64,000 nt of DNA, taken from the NCBI RefSeq assembly GCF_056712565.1, contig NZ_CM160072.1; one strand, written 5' to 3'. Below, one piece after another: positions 33,300-45,737 of this stretch. Below the pieces are notes generated by a model. It was not told the DNA's origin, ran no database searches, and saw nothing but the letters and a program-made list of their open reading frames with translations. A program made the translations under genes and the position numbers. Within the stretch, counting starts at the first letter, position 1. Each line of letters opens with the position of its first letter.

Positions 33300-34490
33300 T
33301 CAGGATTTCTTCATTTTCACCTTTGCAGTCACCAACAATGCAGTCAGCAACATCAATGTGCCGGACAACATCAGCGGCGAAGTCAGACCAATGTTATCCA
33401 ACGCATAACCGCCGATTGCCGCACCGCAGGTGTTAGCAAGCTGAATAACGGCCACCTGAATAGATCCAGCCTTTTCTGCCTGATCGGCCAATGAGCGAGT
33501 GATCCACGTTGACCAACCAACGGGAATTAAAGCAAAGGTCAGCCCCCAGATAATCGCCACACCAGTAGCAACAATTTTATCGCTTCCCCACAGTGTCAGT
33601 ACCAGCGCGCTCAGGGCGAGCACAAACGGTGCGCCCGCTAAGGCCAGTTTCACCGAACGTTTGAGAATAAACGACGAAAGCGATGTCCCGACAAAGCTGG
33701 CGATACCAAAACTCAGCAGCACCAGGGTTAAGCCATCAACACCGAATCCCGCCAGATTCATATACACTGGGCGAATATAAGTGAAAAAAGCAAACTGTCC
33801 GGCAAAGGACATAAAGATGGCGATCATCCCGGCCATCACTCCCGGACGTTGTAATAAGCGGAAAGTATTTTGTTTCTGATGCGAAGGTTCACCTGGCAGC
33901 GAAGGCAGTGATTTGATAATCCAGAAAATACACAGCACGCCCATCGCCGCCGCCGCATTAAAGACATTGCGCCAACCGATAAGCTCGCCTAAAAAACTGC
34001 CCAACGGCGCGGCAATCACCAGCGCAATAGAAACCGCGCCGAAGATCACCGACAGCGCCTTCGGCACCGTACGCGGCGGTACCAGACGCATGGTCAGCGA
34101 CGCCGACATCGCCCAGAACCCGCCCAGCGCCAGACCCAGACAGGCGCGGCCGATTAACAGCAGACTGAATGAGTTGGCAAAGGAAACCAGCAAACAGGAA
34201 AGCGTCAGCAAAACGGCGAACAGAATGACAACGTAGCGGCGGTCAGTGGCCTGAATGGTCTGGGTAATAAACAAACTGGCAAACATCGCCACAAAGGCGG
34301 TCACGGTCACCGATTGGCCGGCAACCCCTTCCGAAATGCCTAAATCCTGGGCCATTGGCGTCAACAAACTGACAGGCAAAAACTCAACGATAATCAGACA
34401 GGCGACGCAAAACGCCACCGAGAAAACGGCTGACCAGTTCGGTCGGGTGATGGCATCCGCGCCGCGGTTTTCAGCAATAAATTCACTCAT
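33300..34490 (-). CDS. nepI: Purine ribonucleoside efflux pump (MFS)
   Basis: MFS transporter about 396 aa from [10 protein letters not shown]...; synteny. Confidence 0.85.
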   Translation of the reverse strand: MSEFIAENRGADAITRPNWSAVFSVAFCVACLIIVEFLPVSLLTPMAQDLGISEGVAGQSVTVTAFVAMFASLFITQTIQATDRRYVVILFAVLLTLSCLLVSFANSFSLLLIGRACLGLALGGFWAMSASLTMRLVPPRTVPKALSVIFGAVSIALVIAAPLGSFLGELIGWRNVFNAAAAMGVLCIFWIIKSLPSLPGEPSHQKQNTFRLLQRPGVMAGMIAIFMSFAGQFAFFTYIRPVYMNLAGFGVDGLTLVLLSFGIASFVGTSLSSFILKRSVKLALAGAPFVLALSALVLTLWGSDKIVATGVAIIWGLTFALIPVGWSTWITRSLADQAEKAGSIQVAVIQLANTCGAAIGGYALDNIGLTSPLMLSGTLMLLTALLVTAKVKMKKS

Positions 34491-34700
34491 GGTGTTACCC
34501 GTGGCATGTTTCAGAGGGAAAGCCGACCACTTTAACATTGAAATGTGTGACGTATTTAACGTTTTTGCAACTTTTACGGTGTTGCTTGAGCTGGAGTTAA
34601 GATCGAAACGGAACAGGGCAAAGATTACCGGATGCGGTGTGAACGTCTTATCCACCCACCAGGTCAGGCGCGGTCTGTAGGCTGATAAGACGAAGCGGTT

Positions 34701-35153
34701 TTAATGCAGCCAGTGAACGCCCTCGGCAGGCTGAAAGAACGCGTTATAGCGCATCTGAAAAGCATTGATATCCTGCATTTCAGGTTCGGTTTCGCGCAGA
34801 AAACCCAGCGCCAGCCTGACCTGAGCATCAGTAATCGGCGCGGCAAGGCGGGCTTTTTGTAAAATCCGATGCCATTGCAGCAGGTTCTGTTCGCTACCAT
34901 CGACAATGACAATTTGCCAGATGAGCAACACCTGCGCGGCGTTTTGCAGGTGCGACTCATCCGGGCGATGCAAATAACGTAAAAATTCGTCACCGGCTGA
35001 CTTTCCCATTTGATCGACCATCGACTCCACGGGTACGACATCGATGTTCAGCCGATCGCTGAGACGGCGAATCGCTTTTCTGGCCCCGGATGTCAGCACC
35101 CGAAAACCAACCACAAACACTACCGCCAGCGTGGCGAGCATTATCCAGATCAT
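34701..35153 (-). CDS. yicN: Uncharacterised protein YicN
   Basis: About 150 aa, N-terminal TM helix; synteny. Confidence 0.75.
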   Translation of the reverse strand: MIWIMLATLAVVFVVGFRVLTSGARKAIRRLSDRLNIDVVPVESMVDQMGKSAGDEFLRYLHRPDESHLQNAAQVLLIWQIVIVDGSEQNLLQWHRILQKARLAAPITDAQVRLALGFLRETEPEMQDINAFQMRYNAFFQPAEGVHWLH

Positions 35154-35205
35154 GAGTTCTCCTGCGTAATCAGAACTCATGATATCTGGAAACCCTCGCC
35201 AGTTA

Positions 35206-36540
35206 CTAATCCACCAGAATAATCTTCAGTGCAAACAGAGTTGCGACCACCACCACACACAGGTTCAGATCGCGCCAGCGCCCGGTGCACACTTTCATGA
35301 TGCAGTACGACATAAAGCCTAGTGCAATCCCTTCGGTGATCGAGAAAGTAAAGGGCATCATCACCGTGGTAATAAACGCAGGCACCGATTCGGTAAAATC
35401 ATCCCAGTTAACGCGCGCCAGGCTTGAAGTCATCAGCACGCCAACAAAGATTAACGCTCCGGCGGTTGCGTAAGGAGGAACCATCGCCACCAGCGGTGAG
35501 AAGAACATAACTAACAGGAACATAACGCCGACTACGACAGCCGTCAGCCCCGTGCGACCACCGACAGCCACACCTGAAGTACTTTCAATATAGGCGGTAA
35601 CAGACGAGGTACCGATAAACGCACCCGCCACCGAACTGACGCTATCAACATACAGCGCCTTATTCATATTGGGGAATTTACCGTTACTATCTATTAAGCC
35701 AGCTTTATCAGTCACACCAATTAATGTCCCTGATGAATCAAATAAGTTGATCAGCATAAAGGAGAAAATGATACCGGCGAGTTCAAGTGATAACGCACCG
35801 CTCAAATCCACTTCACCAATGACGCCGCTAATATCAGGCGGAATGGAATAGACGCCGCTAAAATGAACATCACCGAAAAACAATCCACAGCAAGACGTCA
35901 CCACAATAGAAACAAGCACCGCGGCATGAAAATGACGTGATGACAACACGGTTATAATAAAAAACCCTAAAATACCTAACAACACGCCGTGAGAACTTAA
36001 ATCGCCAATCATCACCAGGGTGTCTTTATTGGCGACAATAACGCCAGTATTTTTTAATCCCATTAAGGCGATAAATAATCCGATTCCGCTGGTGATACCA
36101 ATACGTAAACTTAATGGAATGTTGGAGATCATCCAGTACCGGATACGAAACAGCGTGAGCAAAAATAGCCCAACTGCGCCCCAGAATATCGCGCCCATCC
36201 CGGTCTGCCAGGAGATACCCATCGCCCCCACGACCACGAAGGCAAAGAAGGCGTTCAGGCCCATTGCCGGAGCCAGTGCCACGGGTAAGTTAGCAAATAC
36301 CCCCATCGCAATACTGCCGATACCGGCAATCAAACAGGTGGTAACAAACACCACTTTCGGGTCCATTTGTGCCGCGCCGAGGATTTGCGGGTTCACAAAA
36401 ACGATGTACACCATGGTTAAAAAAGTGGTCATCCCCGCAATCAATTCTGTGCGGACGGTGGTCCCATGCTGAGATAGTTTAAATAATCGCGAAAGCGTCC
36501 CTGATTCATTACTCACGTAATCGGTATTGTCATTATTCAT
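35206..36540 (-). CDS. adeQ: Adenine permease (NCS2/AzgA family)
   Basis: Polytopic permease about 444 aa; synteny adjacent to ade. Confidence 0.85.
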   Translation of the reverse strand: MNNDNTDYVSNESGTLSRLFKLSQHGTTVRTELIAGMTTFLTMVYIVFVNPQILGAAQMDPKVVFVTTCLIAGIGSIAMGVFANLPVALAPAMGLNAFFAFVVVGAMGISWQTGMGAIFWGAVGLFLLTLFRIRYWMISNIPLSLRIGITSGIGLFIALMGLKNTGVIVANKDTLVMIGDLSSHGVLLGILGFFIITVLSSRHFHAAVLVSIVVTSCCGLFFGDVHFSGVYSIPPDISGVIGEVDLSGALSLELAGIIFSFMLINLFDSSGTLIGVTDKAGLIDSNGKFPNMNKALYVDSVSSVAGAFIGTSSVTAYIESTSGVAVGGRTGLTAVVVGVMFLLVMFFSPLVAMVPPYATAGALIFVGVLMTSSLARVNWDDFTESVPAFITTVMMPFTFSITEGIALGFMSYCIMKVCTGRWRDLNLCVVVVATLFALKIILVD

Positions 36541-36714
36541 TTTTTTGTCCATTGGAGGAGATTTAATCCCTTGCTTTTGTAAAACAAATGACAACAACGG
36601 TTCAGTGATAATTATCACATTTCAATTGCACATTAATGGATATTCTTTAATAATCTCGCGACGTTTCTTTATGATAAATAATAATCAAATTGATAAAATC
36701 AAAATGAGAAAAAT

Positions 36715-38481
36715 ATGAATAATTCTATTAACCATAAATTTCATCACATTAGCCGGACTGAATACCAGGAATTGTTAGCCGTTTCCCGTGGAGACGCTGT
36801 TGCCGATTATATTATTGATAATGTCTCTATTCTCGACCTGATCAATGGCGGAGAAATTTCCGGCCCAATTGTGATTAAAGGACGTTACATTGCCGGTGTT
36901 GGCGCAGAATACGCTGATGCTCCGGCTTTGCAGCGGATTGATGCCCGCGGCGCAACGGCGGTGCCAGGGTTTATTGATGCTCACCTGCATATTGAATCCA
37001 GCATGATGACGCCAGTCACTTTTGAAACCGCGACCCTGCCGCGCGGCCTGACGACCGTTATTTGCGACCCTCATGAAATCGTCAACGTGATGGGCGAAGC
37101 CGGATTCGCCTGGTTTGCCCGCTGTGCCGAACAGGCAAGGCAAAACCAGTACTTACAGGTCAGCTCTTGCGTACCCGCACTGGAAGGCTGCGATGTTAAT
37201 GGTGCCAGTTTTACCCTTGAACAGATGCTCGCCTGGCGGGACCATCCGCAGGTTACCGGCCTTGCAGAAATGATGGACTACCCTGGCGTAATTAGCGGGC
37301 AGAATGCGCTGCTCGATAAACTGGACGCATTTCGCCACCTGACGCTGGACGGTCACTGCCCGGGTTTGGGTGGTAAAGAACTTAACGCCTATATTGCTGC
37401 GGGTATTGAAAACTGCCACGAAAGTTATCAGTTGGAAGAAGGACGCCGGAAATTGCAACTCGGCATGTCATTGATGATCCGTGAAGGGTCCGCAGCCCGC
37501 AATCTCAACGCGCTGGCACCGTTGATCAACGAATTTAACAGCCCGCAATGCATGCTCTGTACCGATGACCGTAACCCGTGGGAGATCGCCCATGAAGGAC
37601 ACATCGATGCCTTAATTCGCCGCCTGATCGAACAACACAATGTACCGCTGCATGTGGCATATCGCGTAGCCAGCTGGTCGACGGCGCGCCATTTTGGTCT
37701 GAATCACCTCGGCTTACTGGCACCCGGCAAGCAGGCCGATATCGTCCTGTTGAGCGATGCGCGTAAGGTCACGGTGCAGCAGGTACTGGTGAAAGGCGAG
37801 CCGATCGATGCACAAACCTTACAGGCGGAAGAGTCGGCGAGACTGGCACAATCCGCCCCGCCATATGGCAATACCATTGATCGCCAGCCAGTTTCCGCCA
37901 GCGACTTTGCCCTGCAATTTACCCCCGGAAAACGCTATCGCGTTATTGAGGTAATCCATAACGAACTGATCACGCACTCCCGCTCCAGCGTCTACAGCGA
38001 AAACGGTTTTGATCGCGATGATGTGTGCTTTATTGCCGTTCTTGAGCGTTACGGACAACGACTGGCTCCGGCCTGTGGTTTGCTCGGCGGCTTTGGCCTG
38101 AATGAAGGTGCGCTGGCTGCGACGGTCAGCCATGACAGCCATAATATTGTAGTGATCGGTCGTAGCGCAGAAGAGATGGCGCTGGCGGTCAATCAGGTGA
38201 TTCAGGATGGCGGCGGGCTGTGCGTGGTCCGTAACGGCCAGGTACAAAGTCATCTACCGTTGCCCATTGCCGGGCTAATGAGCACCGACACGGCGCAGTC
38301 ACTGGCGGAGCAAATTGACGCCTTGAAAGCCGCCGCCCGTGAATGCGGTCCGTTACCCGATGAGCCGTTTATTCAGATGGCGTTTCTTTCCCTGCCAGTG
38401 ATCCCCGCGCTGAAACTAACCAGTCAGGGGCTGTTTGATGGCGAGAAGTTTGCCTTCACTACGCTGGAATTCACGGAATAA
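36715..38481 (+). CDS. ade: Adenine deaminase
   Basis: 588 aa amidohydrolase; [14 protein letters not shown] metal-binding motif. Confidence 0.9.
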   Translation: MNNSINHKFHHISRTEYQELLAVSRGDAVADYIIDNVSILDLINGGEISGPIVIKGRYIAGVGAEYADAPALQRIDARGATAVPGFIDAHLHIESSMMTPVTFETATLPRGLTTVICDPHEIVNVMGEAGFAWFARCAEQARQNQYLQVSSCVPALEGCDVNGASFTLEQMLAWRDHPQVTGLAEMMDYPGVISGQNALLDKLDAFRHLTLDGHCPGLGGKELNAYIAAGIENCHESYQLEEGRRKLQLGMSLMIREGSAARNLNALAPLINEFNSPQCMLCTDDRNPWEIAHEGHIDALIRRLIEQHNVPLHVAYRVASWSTARHFGLNHLGLLAPGKQADIVLLSDARKVTVQQVLVKGEPIDAQTLQAEESARLAQSAPPYGNTIDRQPVSASDFALQFTPGKRYRVIEVIHNELITHSRSSVYSENGFDRDDVCFIAVLERYGQRLAPACGLLGGFGLNEGALAATVSHDSHNIVVIGRSAEEMALAVNQVIQDGGGLCVVRNGQVQSHLPLPIAGLMSTDTAQSLAEQIDALKAAARECGPLPDEPFIQMAFLSLPVIPALKLTSQGLFDGEKFAFTTLEFTE

Positions 38482-38490
38482 TAAAAAAAA

Positions 38491-38512
38491 GCCCGGCGTC
38501 ATGCCGGGCAAA
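38491..38512. terminator. Bidirectional terminator hairpin (GCCCGGCGTCATGCCGGGC) between convergent ade and uhpT
   Basis: Inverted repeat flanked by A-run upstream and AAAAG downstream. Confidence 0.55.
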
Positions 38513-38527
38513 AGTCACCAGTTACGT

Positions 38528-39919
38528 TTATGCCACTGTCAACTGCTGAATTTTTTTCTCGCGGCGGATTTTGCGTTCTTCCATCACCGCCACTATCGCC
38601 ATCAGGCAGATACAACCAATCGCGGCGATATCCAGCGCGGCGAAGGTGCCTGCCCAGCCGGTAAGGCCAAATACCGGCGTCCCATCGGCAATCATTCCCA
38701 GACCTAACTTGGCAAAGCTGTCACCAATCAGGTAAGCGAAGGTGCCTTTAATACCATCGGCAGCGCCAATCGCTTTTTTAGGTACAAAGCCAACAGCCGC
38801 CACACCAATCAACAATTGCGGGCCAAAGACCAGGAAACCCAACGCAAAGAGAGAAGCCAGGTAGATATATTCGTTGCTGGCGTGTTGATACACACCGAGC
38901 GTGGCGATAATCAGCGCCAGCGCGATACAGGCCACCAGGCCACGGCGACCGTTCGCCAGGTCAGAGAGCCAGCCCCACAGCAGCGTACCGACCAGCGCAC
39001 CAGCTTCAAACAGCGTAAAGCCCTGAATCGCCACCGCTTTAGAGAGTTTCAGTTCCTGGAACGCATACACGGTTGACCACTGGTCGATACCAATACGCAC
39101 CACATAGAGGAAAATGTTGGCAAAGCACAGCAGCCAGATCACTTTGTTTTTCAGCACATACTCAACAAAGATCTGCCACTTGGTCATATCGGTAGATTCT
39201 GTCTCTTTATCCTCTTCACTGATCTCCTCGCCAAACAGCTCTTCAGCTTTGCCGAGGCCATAAGATTCCGGGGAGTCGCTGCCGTAACGCAGACCAATAA
39301 AACCAACAATCAGCGCGATAATCGACGGGAAAATAAACATGCCGATGACATGACCATCGAACAGGTAATTTGCGCCGAACAGCGCCACACCTGCTGCGCC
39401 TGCACCACCAAGGTTGTGAGAAATGTTCCAGAAACCGAGGAATGTCCCGCGTTTACGACGCGGCGTCCATTTGGTGATGGTGGAGTAACTGCACGAACCG
39501 CCGGTACTCTGGAAAAAGCCGCTCAAGGCGTAGAAGGCAATCATCAGGAACAGGCTAACCGAGCCGCTGCCCATACTGGCACTGAAGCCCAGCATACAAA
39601 TGGCAGACAGGATCAGCATGAACGGCAGGAATTGTTTGGTGTTTTTGCCGTCGGCGTAGTAAGAAACCAGCGTTTTACCCACGCCATAAGTGATGGAGAA
39701 GCCCAGGCCGATCATCCCCAGCTGCGTCATGCTCAACCCGTAGGTCGAGATCATGTCGTTCTGCGCGATGTTAAAGTTCTTGCGAATCAGGTACATCGTA
39801 AGGTAGCCGATAAAGACCACCAGGTAGGATTGCATGAACGGTTTGAACCACATTTTGCGCCGCACTTCGAGCGGAAGGTCCAGGGTCGGCTTGCGAACCT
39901 GGTTTAAGAAAGCCAGCAT
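38528..39919 (-). CDS. uhpT: Hexose-6-phosphate:phosphate antiporter
   Basis: 463-aa MFS (OPA family); synteny uhpABCT. Confidence 0.95.
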
Positions 39920-40056
39920 GGGTTACTCCTGAAATGAATACCTGCGTGAGGCATGCATTGTAAAAATCAGCAGCAAATCAGGCCTGAGATAGCGTCCAGG
40001 CAAAACCTGGAAAATTTCTTAGTTTTGCCGGATATGAAGTGAAAAGGTGAGATGCA

Positions 40057-41379
40057 TCACGCTTCTCGCGGTGTCTGGGCGTTCAAAAAGGGCAGTAATA
40101 GCAGTGCGGAAATCCCGGCGGCGATGGCGATAACCACAAAAAATCCGCTCCAGTGCCAGGTATCGAGTACTTTCGCCAGCGGCCAACCAGCAAGCGACGC
40201 ACCAAGATAAGCAAACAAGCCGACAAATCCCGTCGCCGCCCCTGCCGCCTCTTTGTGGGAACACTCTGCCGCCGCCATGCCGATTAACATCTGCGGGCCA
40301 AAGACAAAAAAACCAATGGTGAAGAAGCAGGTTGCCTGCATCACGTAGCTGGCAAATGGCATCAGCCACAGCGAGCCGACTGAAAGCAAAATTCCGGCGG
40401 CGAAAATCAAATTCATCGGCCCGCGGTTGCCGTTAAACAGTTTGTCCGAACCCCAACCCGCTACCAGCGCACCGATAAATCCGCCCAGTTCAAACATTGT
40501 CACTGCCGTATTCGCCGTGACCAGATCGACGCCCAGCATCTCGGACATATACAAATTGCCCCAGTCGTTGATCGCCGCCCGAACCACATAGACCAGCACA
40601 TAGCAAAACGAAAGCAGCCAGATATACGGATTCAGCAACACATATTTGGTGAGGATCTCTTTACGCGTCAGCCCTGCCCCTTCTTGTTGTTGAGCAATCT
40701 CCAGTGCGTCGTGCCGCCATTCACCAACCGCCGGTAAACCTAACGCCTGCGGGCGATCGCGCAGCCGCCAGCAGAGAAAAATCCCCACGACTATCGCCAT
40801 ACAACCCGCAATCATCATCCCGGCACGCCAGCCGTAATGCAGCGCGCTCGCTGCCATCACAATGGGAATGAGTGCGCCGCCGACGTTATGCGCCGTGTTC
40901 CATAATGCCCACCAACCGCCGCGCTCGGTACGAGAATACCAGGCGGTTAACAGACGCGCACACACCGGTGAACCCCAGCCCTGGAAAAAGGCGTTCAACA
41001 CCCAAAGCACGGCAAACGCCCATAGCGACGTCGAGAAGCCAAACAGAATGTTGATAATGCCCGTGGCAATAAGCCCTATCCCCATAAAATAACGGGCATT
41101 TGAGCGATCGCTGACAATGCCGGAGACAAACTTCGACACGCCGTAGGTAATGTAAAACAGGGTCGCTAACAGGCCAATATCGCTACGGCTGAGCACGCCG
41201 TTAGCAAGGATTTCTGGTACGGCGGCGTTAAAACTTTTACGCGTGAAGTAAAACAGCGCGTAACCCAGCCAGATGGTCAGCAGAATATGCCGACGCCAGT
41301 AGCGATAGCGGGCATCAATTTCATGTTTATCAGTCATTAATGGCGCATCGGCGGGCGCTTTCAGAAACGGCAACATCAT
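40057..41379 (-). CDS. uhpC: Glucose-6-phosphate sensor membrane protein
   Basis: 440-aa MFS-like; synteny. Confidence 0.9.
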   Translation of the reverse strand: MMLPFLKAPADAPLMTDKHEIDARYRYWRRHILLTIWLGYALFYFTRKSFNAAVPEILANGVLSRSDIGLLATLFYITYGVSKFVSGIVSDRSNARYFMGIGLIATGIINILFGFSTSLWAFAVLWVLNAFFQGWGSPVCARLLTAWYSRTERGGWWALWNTAHNVGGALIPIVMAASALHYGWRAGMMIAGCMAIVVGIFLCWRLRDRPQALGLPAVGEWRHDALEIAQQQEGAGLTRKEILTKYVLLNPYIWLLSFCYVLVYVVRAAINDWGNLYMSEMLGVDLVTANTAVTMFELGGFIGALVAGWGSDKLFNGNRGPMNLIFAAGILLSVGSLWLMPFASYVMQATCFFTIGFFVFGPQMLIGMAAAECSHKEAAGAATGFVGLFAYLGASLAGWPLAKVLDTWHWSGFFVVIAIAAGISALLLLPFLNAQTPREA

Positions 41380-41385
41380 CGAACC

Positions 41386-42888
41386 TTAGACATAACGTTG
41401 AGGTAGAGAAACGCTGACACGCGTGCCGTGCAGACAGGAAATGGTCAATGTGCCACCCAGCGCCGTTACGCGCTCGCGCATTCCGGTAAGGCCAAAACCG
41501 TGTTGCCCGGAATCTGGCGGTAAACCGCTGCCATCGTCTTCAATCACCAGCATCAACCGTTCATCCTGCTGCCAGCCTTGCAGGGTGACCGCGCTGGCAT
41601 CAGCATGTTTCACAATGTTGTTCAGCCCTTCCTGGCAGACACGAAACAGCGTCACTCGCTGGTTTTCGCTTAACGCTGATTCATCGATTCGCCATTCGAG
41701 ATGGCTGACAATGCCGCGCCCTTCCAGCTCCATTTCCCGCATCAGTGAGCGGATGGCCTGCTCCAGGGTGAGATCATCCAACTGGCGCGGACGTAACCGA
41801 CCTAACAAACGGCGCACCGCGTCGTAAACGCCCAGCGATAGTTGTTCGATGAGCTGCCCGCTCTGTTTCACGCTGGCGTTATCTGCCGCCAGCCGCTGAA
41901 CAATGCCCGCTTGAGTTCGAATAGCAGTAATGGTCTGACCGATATCATCGTGCAGCTCACGTGCCACATCACGGCGCACGCTCTCTTCGGTTTCCAGCAA
42001 CCGTTCAGCGAGATGCTGATTGCGCGCCAGTTCCTTTTGCAGCGACTGGTTAAGTTCACGCAACCGCTGGATGCCTGCGCCCAGTAACAACCCTGTCAGA
42101 CTTTGCACCAACAGCGAGAGCAATAAATCCACCGGATGATCGCGCCAGGTTTGACTGGCGATCAGCGCGATGGCGTTCATCAATGTCGCAATCAGCGCTC
42201 CTTGCCAACCATAGTGCCAGGCCAGCGCGATAATCGGCAGCGCCAGACAGAATGGCGTAAAGCGCGACAGTTCGTCTGGCAATCCCAACTGGAGCCAGAG
42301 ACTGATAACAAACAGCAGCAAGTACCAGACCAGATGTCGCCCGCGCCAGTTGATTGGCTGAGAAACCAGTGACGGGCCGAGCGGCAGCCAGGTGTTATTC
42401 GCCAGATAGTGCCAGAACACCAGACATATCGGGGCCAGCGTCAGGCCGCCAGTTAAAGTCAGCAGCAGCGCATTCCACGACTCTTTGCCGTGCCAAAGCC
42501 AGGGCAGCGACTGCAACAACGCCGCCGCAGTTAACGCCGCACCCTGTAACAGCAAGGTGCGCCAGTCACGTTGATGGCGATAGCGCGAGATCAGCGCCAC
42601 GGGCAATAACGTCAGTAAACTACCGATCATCAATAAGGAGAAATGGGTTAAACCGACCGCCTGCATTAGCCAGTAAATCAGCAGCCACTCCGCACCCAGT
42701 AGCACCGGCCAGTATCCGCGCGGGCATTGCAGCATTAGCCCTAGCCGCAGGCCAAACGGAAATAACAGCACCGCCATATCAGGGCGCTCAACCAGGTGCA
42801 GGCTGATACTCCACAGGCAAAACCATGCGGCAGAGAAGATAAAAAAGCAGGCAATAACGGTAATTAAGCGGGAGAACAACGTCTTCAT
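41386..42888 (-). CDS. uhpB: Sensor histidine kinase UhpB
   Basis: 500 aa; N-terminal membrane domain, C-terminal kinase with HDDIGQ H-box. Confidence 0.9.
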   Translation of the reverse strand: MKTLFSRLITVIACFFIFSAAWFCLWSISLHLVERPDMAVLLFPFGLRLGLMLQCPRGYWPVLLGAEWLLIYWLMQAVGLTHFSLLMIGSLLTLLPVALISRYRHQRDWRTLLLQGAALTAAALLQSLPWLWHGKESWNALLLTLTGGLTLAPICLVFWHYLANNTWLPLGPSLVSQPINWRGRHLVWYLLLFVISLWLQLGLPDELSRFTPFCLALPIIALAWHYGWQGALIATLMNAIALIASQTWRDHPVDLLLSLLVQSLTGLLLGAGIQRLRELNQSLQKELARNQHLAERLLETEESVRRDVARELHDDIGQTITAIRTQAGIVQRLAADNASVKQSGQLIEQLSLGVYDAVRRLLGRLRPRQLDDLTLEQAIRSLMREMELEGRGIVSHLEWRIDESALSENQRVTLFRVCQEGLNNIVKHADASAVTLQGWQQDERLMLVIEDDGSGLPPDSGQHGFGLTGMRERVTALGGTLTISCLHGTRVSVSLPQRYV

Positions 42889-43478
42889 CACCAGCCATCA
42901 AACATGCGGCGCGCCAGTTCAACGTCGTTACTGACGCCCAGTTTTTCCATCAGATTGGCGCGATGGACGTGTACCGTTTTCGGCGACAAGCCCAGTTCGG
43001 CGGCAATCTCTTTCACCGCCATTCCTTGCGCCAGTTTTTCTGCCACCTGGCGTTCGCGTTTGGTTAGCGGGTCCTGGCGACCGGATGCCAGTTTAATGGC
43101 AATATCCGGCGTCAGATAACAGCCGCCAGTGGCAACCGTATGCACCGCAGCAATGAGTTCATCCGGGCTACAGCGTTTGGAGAGAAAGCCGCGCGCCCCG
43201 GCGTTAAGCGCCTGCTCAACCAGCGCCGGACTGTCGTGAACGGAGAGCATAATTGTCGCCATGCCTTTCGGCAGCTGGCTTAGAAGCTCCAGACCGGAGA
43301 TATCAGGCATGGAGATATCGCAAATACACACCTGCACACCGCACCCCGGCAGCCCCGCCAGCGCCTCGCGCCCCGAACCAAACTCGGCAACTACCTGCAA
43401 ATCAGGTTCCAGCCCCAGCAGCTGCGCAAAGCCGGAGCGGACGATAAGGTGATCGTCTATAAGGGCAACGGTGATCAT
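42888..43478 (-). CDS. uhpA: Response regulator UhpA (NarL/FixJ family)
   Basis: [16 protein letters not shown] receiver domain plus LuxR-type HTH; start overlaps uhpB stop. Confidence 0.9.
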   Translation of the reverse strand: MITVALIDDHLIVRSGFAQLLGLEPDLQVVAEFGSGREALAGLPGCGVQVCICDISMPDISGLELLSQLPKGMATIMLSVHDSPALVEQALNAGARGFLSKRCSPDELIAAVHTVATGGCYLTPDIAIKLASGRQDPLTKRERQVAEKLAQGMAVKEIAAELGLSPKTVHVHRANLMEKLGVSNDVELARRMFDGW

Positions 43479-43550
43479 GATCTTGTCCTGGAGGGTAATA
43501 AAACGCGCTTACCTTAACGATAAGCGCGATGTTGTTCAAGCCTTGAGCGG

Positions 43551-43841
43551 TTACTGAAAAAACACCGCAATCTTGTTAAACATGGTCGGATCGGACTGAT
43601 TACGCTGCACTTTCACCACATCTTCCAGCTTGTCGATTTGGCTTATCATCTGCTCCAGACGCTGGTCGTCATTGACCAGTAGCCAGATGTGGCTTTTGTC
43701 GCTGTCCTGAATCGGCAGGCAGAGAATGCCTTCAACGTTAAAAGCGCGACGGGCAAAAAGGCCACAAACGTGGGTCATTACACCCGGATGGTTGCGAACG
43801 GTGAGTTCCAGAATCACGTTATCATGAGTTGTGTTTTGCAT
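43551..43841 (-). CDS. ilvN: Acetolactate synthase I small subunit
   Basis: 96 aa ACT-domain protein; synteny with ilvB. Confidence 0.95.
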
Positions 43842-43844
43842 GGC

Positions 43845-45533
43845 TTATTCCCCCACCATTTCAGTATTCGCCGCACCTGGCGGCACCATCGGGTACACTT
43901 TTTCTTCGGCATCAATGCGCACATGGATCAGCGCCGGGCCAGGGCGATTGATGATTTCCTGCAATGCAGCCTGCGGATCGGCTTCGTTATTCAAATCACA
44001 GGTTTCGAGGCCGAATCCGGCGGCAATCTGCATAAAGTTGATTTTGCCCGGATAGGTAGCGGCAAAAACGCCCTGCTTGTAGAACAGACTCTGTTGCTGA
44101 TGCACCAGCCCCAGCGCTTCGTTGTTCATCAAAATGATTTTAACATCCAGCTGATTTTCACTGGCGGTCGCCATCTCCTGAATATTCATCATCAGGCTGC
44201 CGTCGCCGGAGAAGCACAACACTTTGCGGTCCGGGTTCGCCAGCGCCGCGCCAATCGCCGCAGGCAGGCCAAAACCCATCGTGCCCAGCCCGCCGGAGGT
44301 CAGCCACTGGCGTGGGCGATTGAGCGGATAGGCTTGCGCGGTCCACATCTGATGCTGACCCACGTCGGTGGTGATAATCGCATTGTCATCGACACAGGCG
44401 GCAACGGCGTTGATCAGGCCGTAATGGCTTAATGGATCGCACGCTTTCGGGATTGGACACGGGAATTCACGCTGCAAATCCGCCACCAACTGGTGCCACT
44501 CTGCACGCGGTTGCGCTTCCACCAGCGGGATCAACTGCGCCAGCACGTCATCAACATCCGCCTGAATTGCCACATGCGGTTGCTTGATTTTGCCCAGCTC
44601 TGCGCGGTCGATATCGACATGAATAATTTTGGCATTCGGACAGAACTGCTCGGTTTTGCCAATCGCCCGGTCATCAAAACGCGCACCGAGTACAATCAGC
44701 AGATCCGCCTCCTGCAAAATATAGTTGGTGCTGCGCACACCGTGCATCCCCAGCATACCCAGCGACAGCGGATGCGCTTTTGGCAACATACCCAGCGCCA
44801 TTAAAGTCATGGTGGTAGGCAGTTGTGCTTTCTCCGCCAGTTCACGCACTCGCGCAGGCGCGTTGATCACACCACCACCCAGATAAAGCACCGGGTGTTT
44901 GGCGGCGTTAATCATCGCCGCCGCGTCACGAATACTTTCTTCGCTAAAGGCGGGTGCGGCGGCTTTTTCTGCCATAGCGGGCTGTGTTTCAATCTCAAAA
45001 ACTGCCGTTTGCACATCCTTAGGAATGTCTATCCACACCGGGCCAGGGCGGCCTGATTGCGCAATACGGAAGGCATCGCTCATGACCTGCGGGAGTTCTT
45101 CGATATGTCTGACCAGATAGTTGTGTTTGGTGATGGGGATAGAGATGCCGTAGGTGTCGACTTCCTGGAAGGCGTCGGTGCCGATCATCGAGGCGGGAAC
45201 CTGACCAGTGATGCAAATCAGCGGGATGGAGTCCAGCCTCGCATCGGCAATGGCGGTCACCAGGTTAGTCGCACCCGGTCCACTACAGGCCATACAGACC
45301 GCCGGTTTACCGTCGGTGCGCGCCATTCCCTGAGCGATAAACCCCGCGCCCTGTTCATGGCGAGCCAGAATATGGCGGATTTGCGTGCTTTGGCTTAAGG
45401 CATCGTAAACAGGCAGGATAGAACCGCCCGGAATACCCGTCACAATCTTAATGCCCTGCTGTTCCAGGAAATGAACGATAAATTCTGCGCCGGTAAAGCG
45501 CTTACGCGTCGATGTTGTGCCCGAACTTGCCAT
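43845..45533 (-). CDS. ilvB: Acetolactate synthase I large subunit
   Basis: 562 aa TPP enzyme; synteny with ivbL leader. Confidence 0.95.
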   Translation of the reverse strand: MASSGTTSTRKRFTGAEFIVHFLEQQGIKIVTGIPGGSILPVYDALSQSTQIRHILARHEQGAGFIAQGMARTDGKPAVCMACSGPGATNLVTAIADARLDSIPLICITGQVPASMIGTDAFQEVDTYGISIPITKHNYLVRHIEELPQVMSDAFRIAQSGRPGPVWIDIPKDVQTAVFEIETQPAMAEKAAAPAFSEESIRDAAAMINAAKHPVLYLGGGVINAPARVRELAEKAQLPTTMTLMALGMLPKAHPLSLGMLGMHGVRSTNYILQEADLLIVLGARFDDRAIGKTEQFCPNAKIIHVDIDRAELGKIKQPHVAIQADVDDVLAQLIPLVEAQPRAEWHQLVADLQREFPCPIPKACDPLSHYGLINAVAACVDDNAIITTDVGQHQMWTAQAYPLNRPRQWLTSGGLGTMGFGLPAAIGAALANPDRKVLCFSGDGSLMMNIQEMATASENQLDVKIILMNNEALGLVHQQQSLFYKQGVFAATYPGKINFMQIAAGFGLETCDLNNEADPQAALQEIINRPGPALIHVRIDAEEKVYPMVPPGAANTEMVGE

Positions 45534-45580
45534 GCTCCAGTCCTTTTCTTCTGGGCCGACTTTCCGGGAGGAGCTTAAAC

Positions 45581-45615
45581 GAAAAACCCCGCCCGGTTTG
45601 CGCCGGCGGGGTTTT
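45581..45615 (-). terminator. ilvB attenuator terminator (GC-rich hairpin followed by TTTTTCGTTT on minus strand)
   Basis: Hairpin located between ivbL stop and ilvB start. Confidence 0.6.
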
Positions 45616-45638
45616 GGAATCGTGTGTTGTTCCAGTCC

Positions 45639-45737
45639 CTACGGCGCATTGCCGACGACCACCACCACACGCACGACGACCACTGCGGCGGATGGCGCAG
45701 TTGGTAGTAGTTTTGCGTTGAACATGGAAGTAGTCAT
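45639..45737 (-). CDS. ivbL: ilvB operon leader peptide (32 aa, Val/Leu-rich)
   Basis: Minus-strand translation MTTSMFNAKLLPTAPSAAVVVVRVVVVVGNAP read directly; not in ORF track because of its length. Confidence 0.9.
   Translation of the reverse strand: MTTSMFNAKLLPTAPSAAVVVVRVVVVVGNAP

Noticed and set aside
43478-43551. Possible additional small gene between uhpA and ilvN
   Set aside because: Only 72 bp, no ORF of meaningful length; interpreted as the ilvBN terminator and uhp promoter region.
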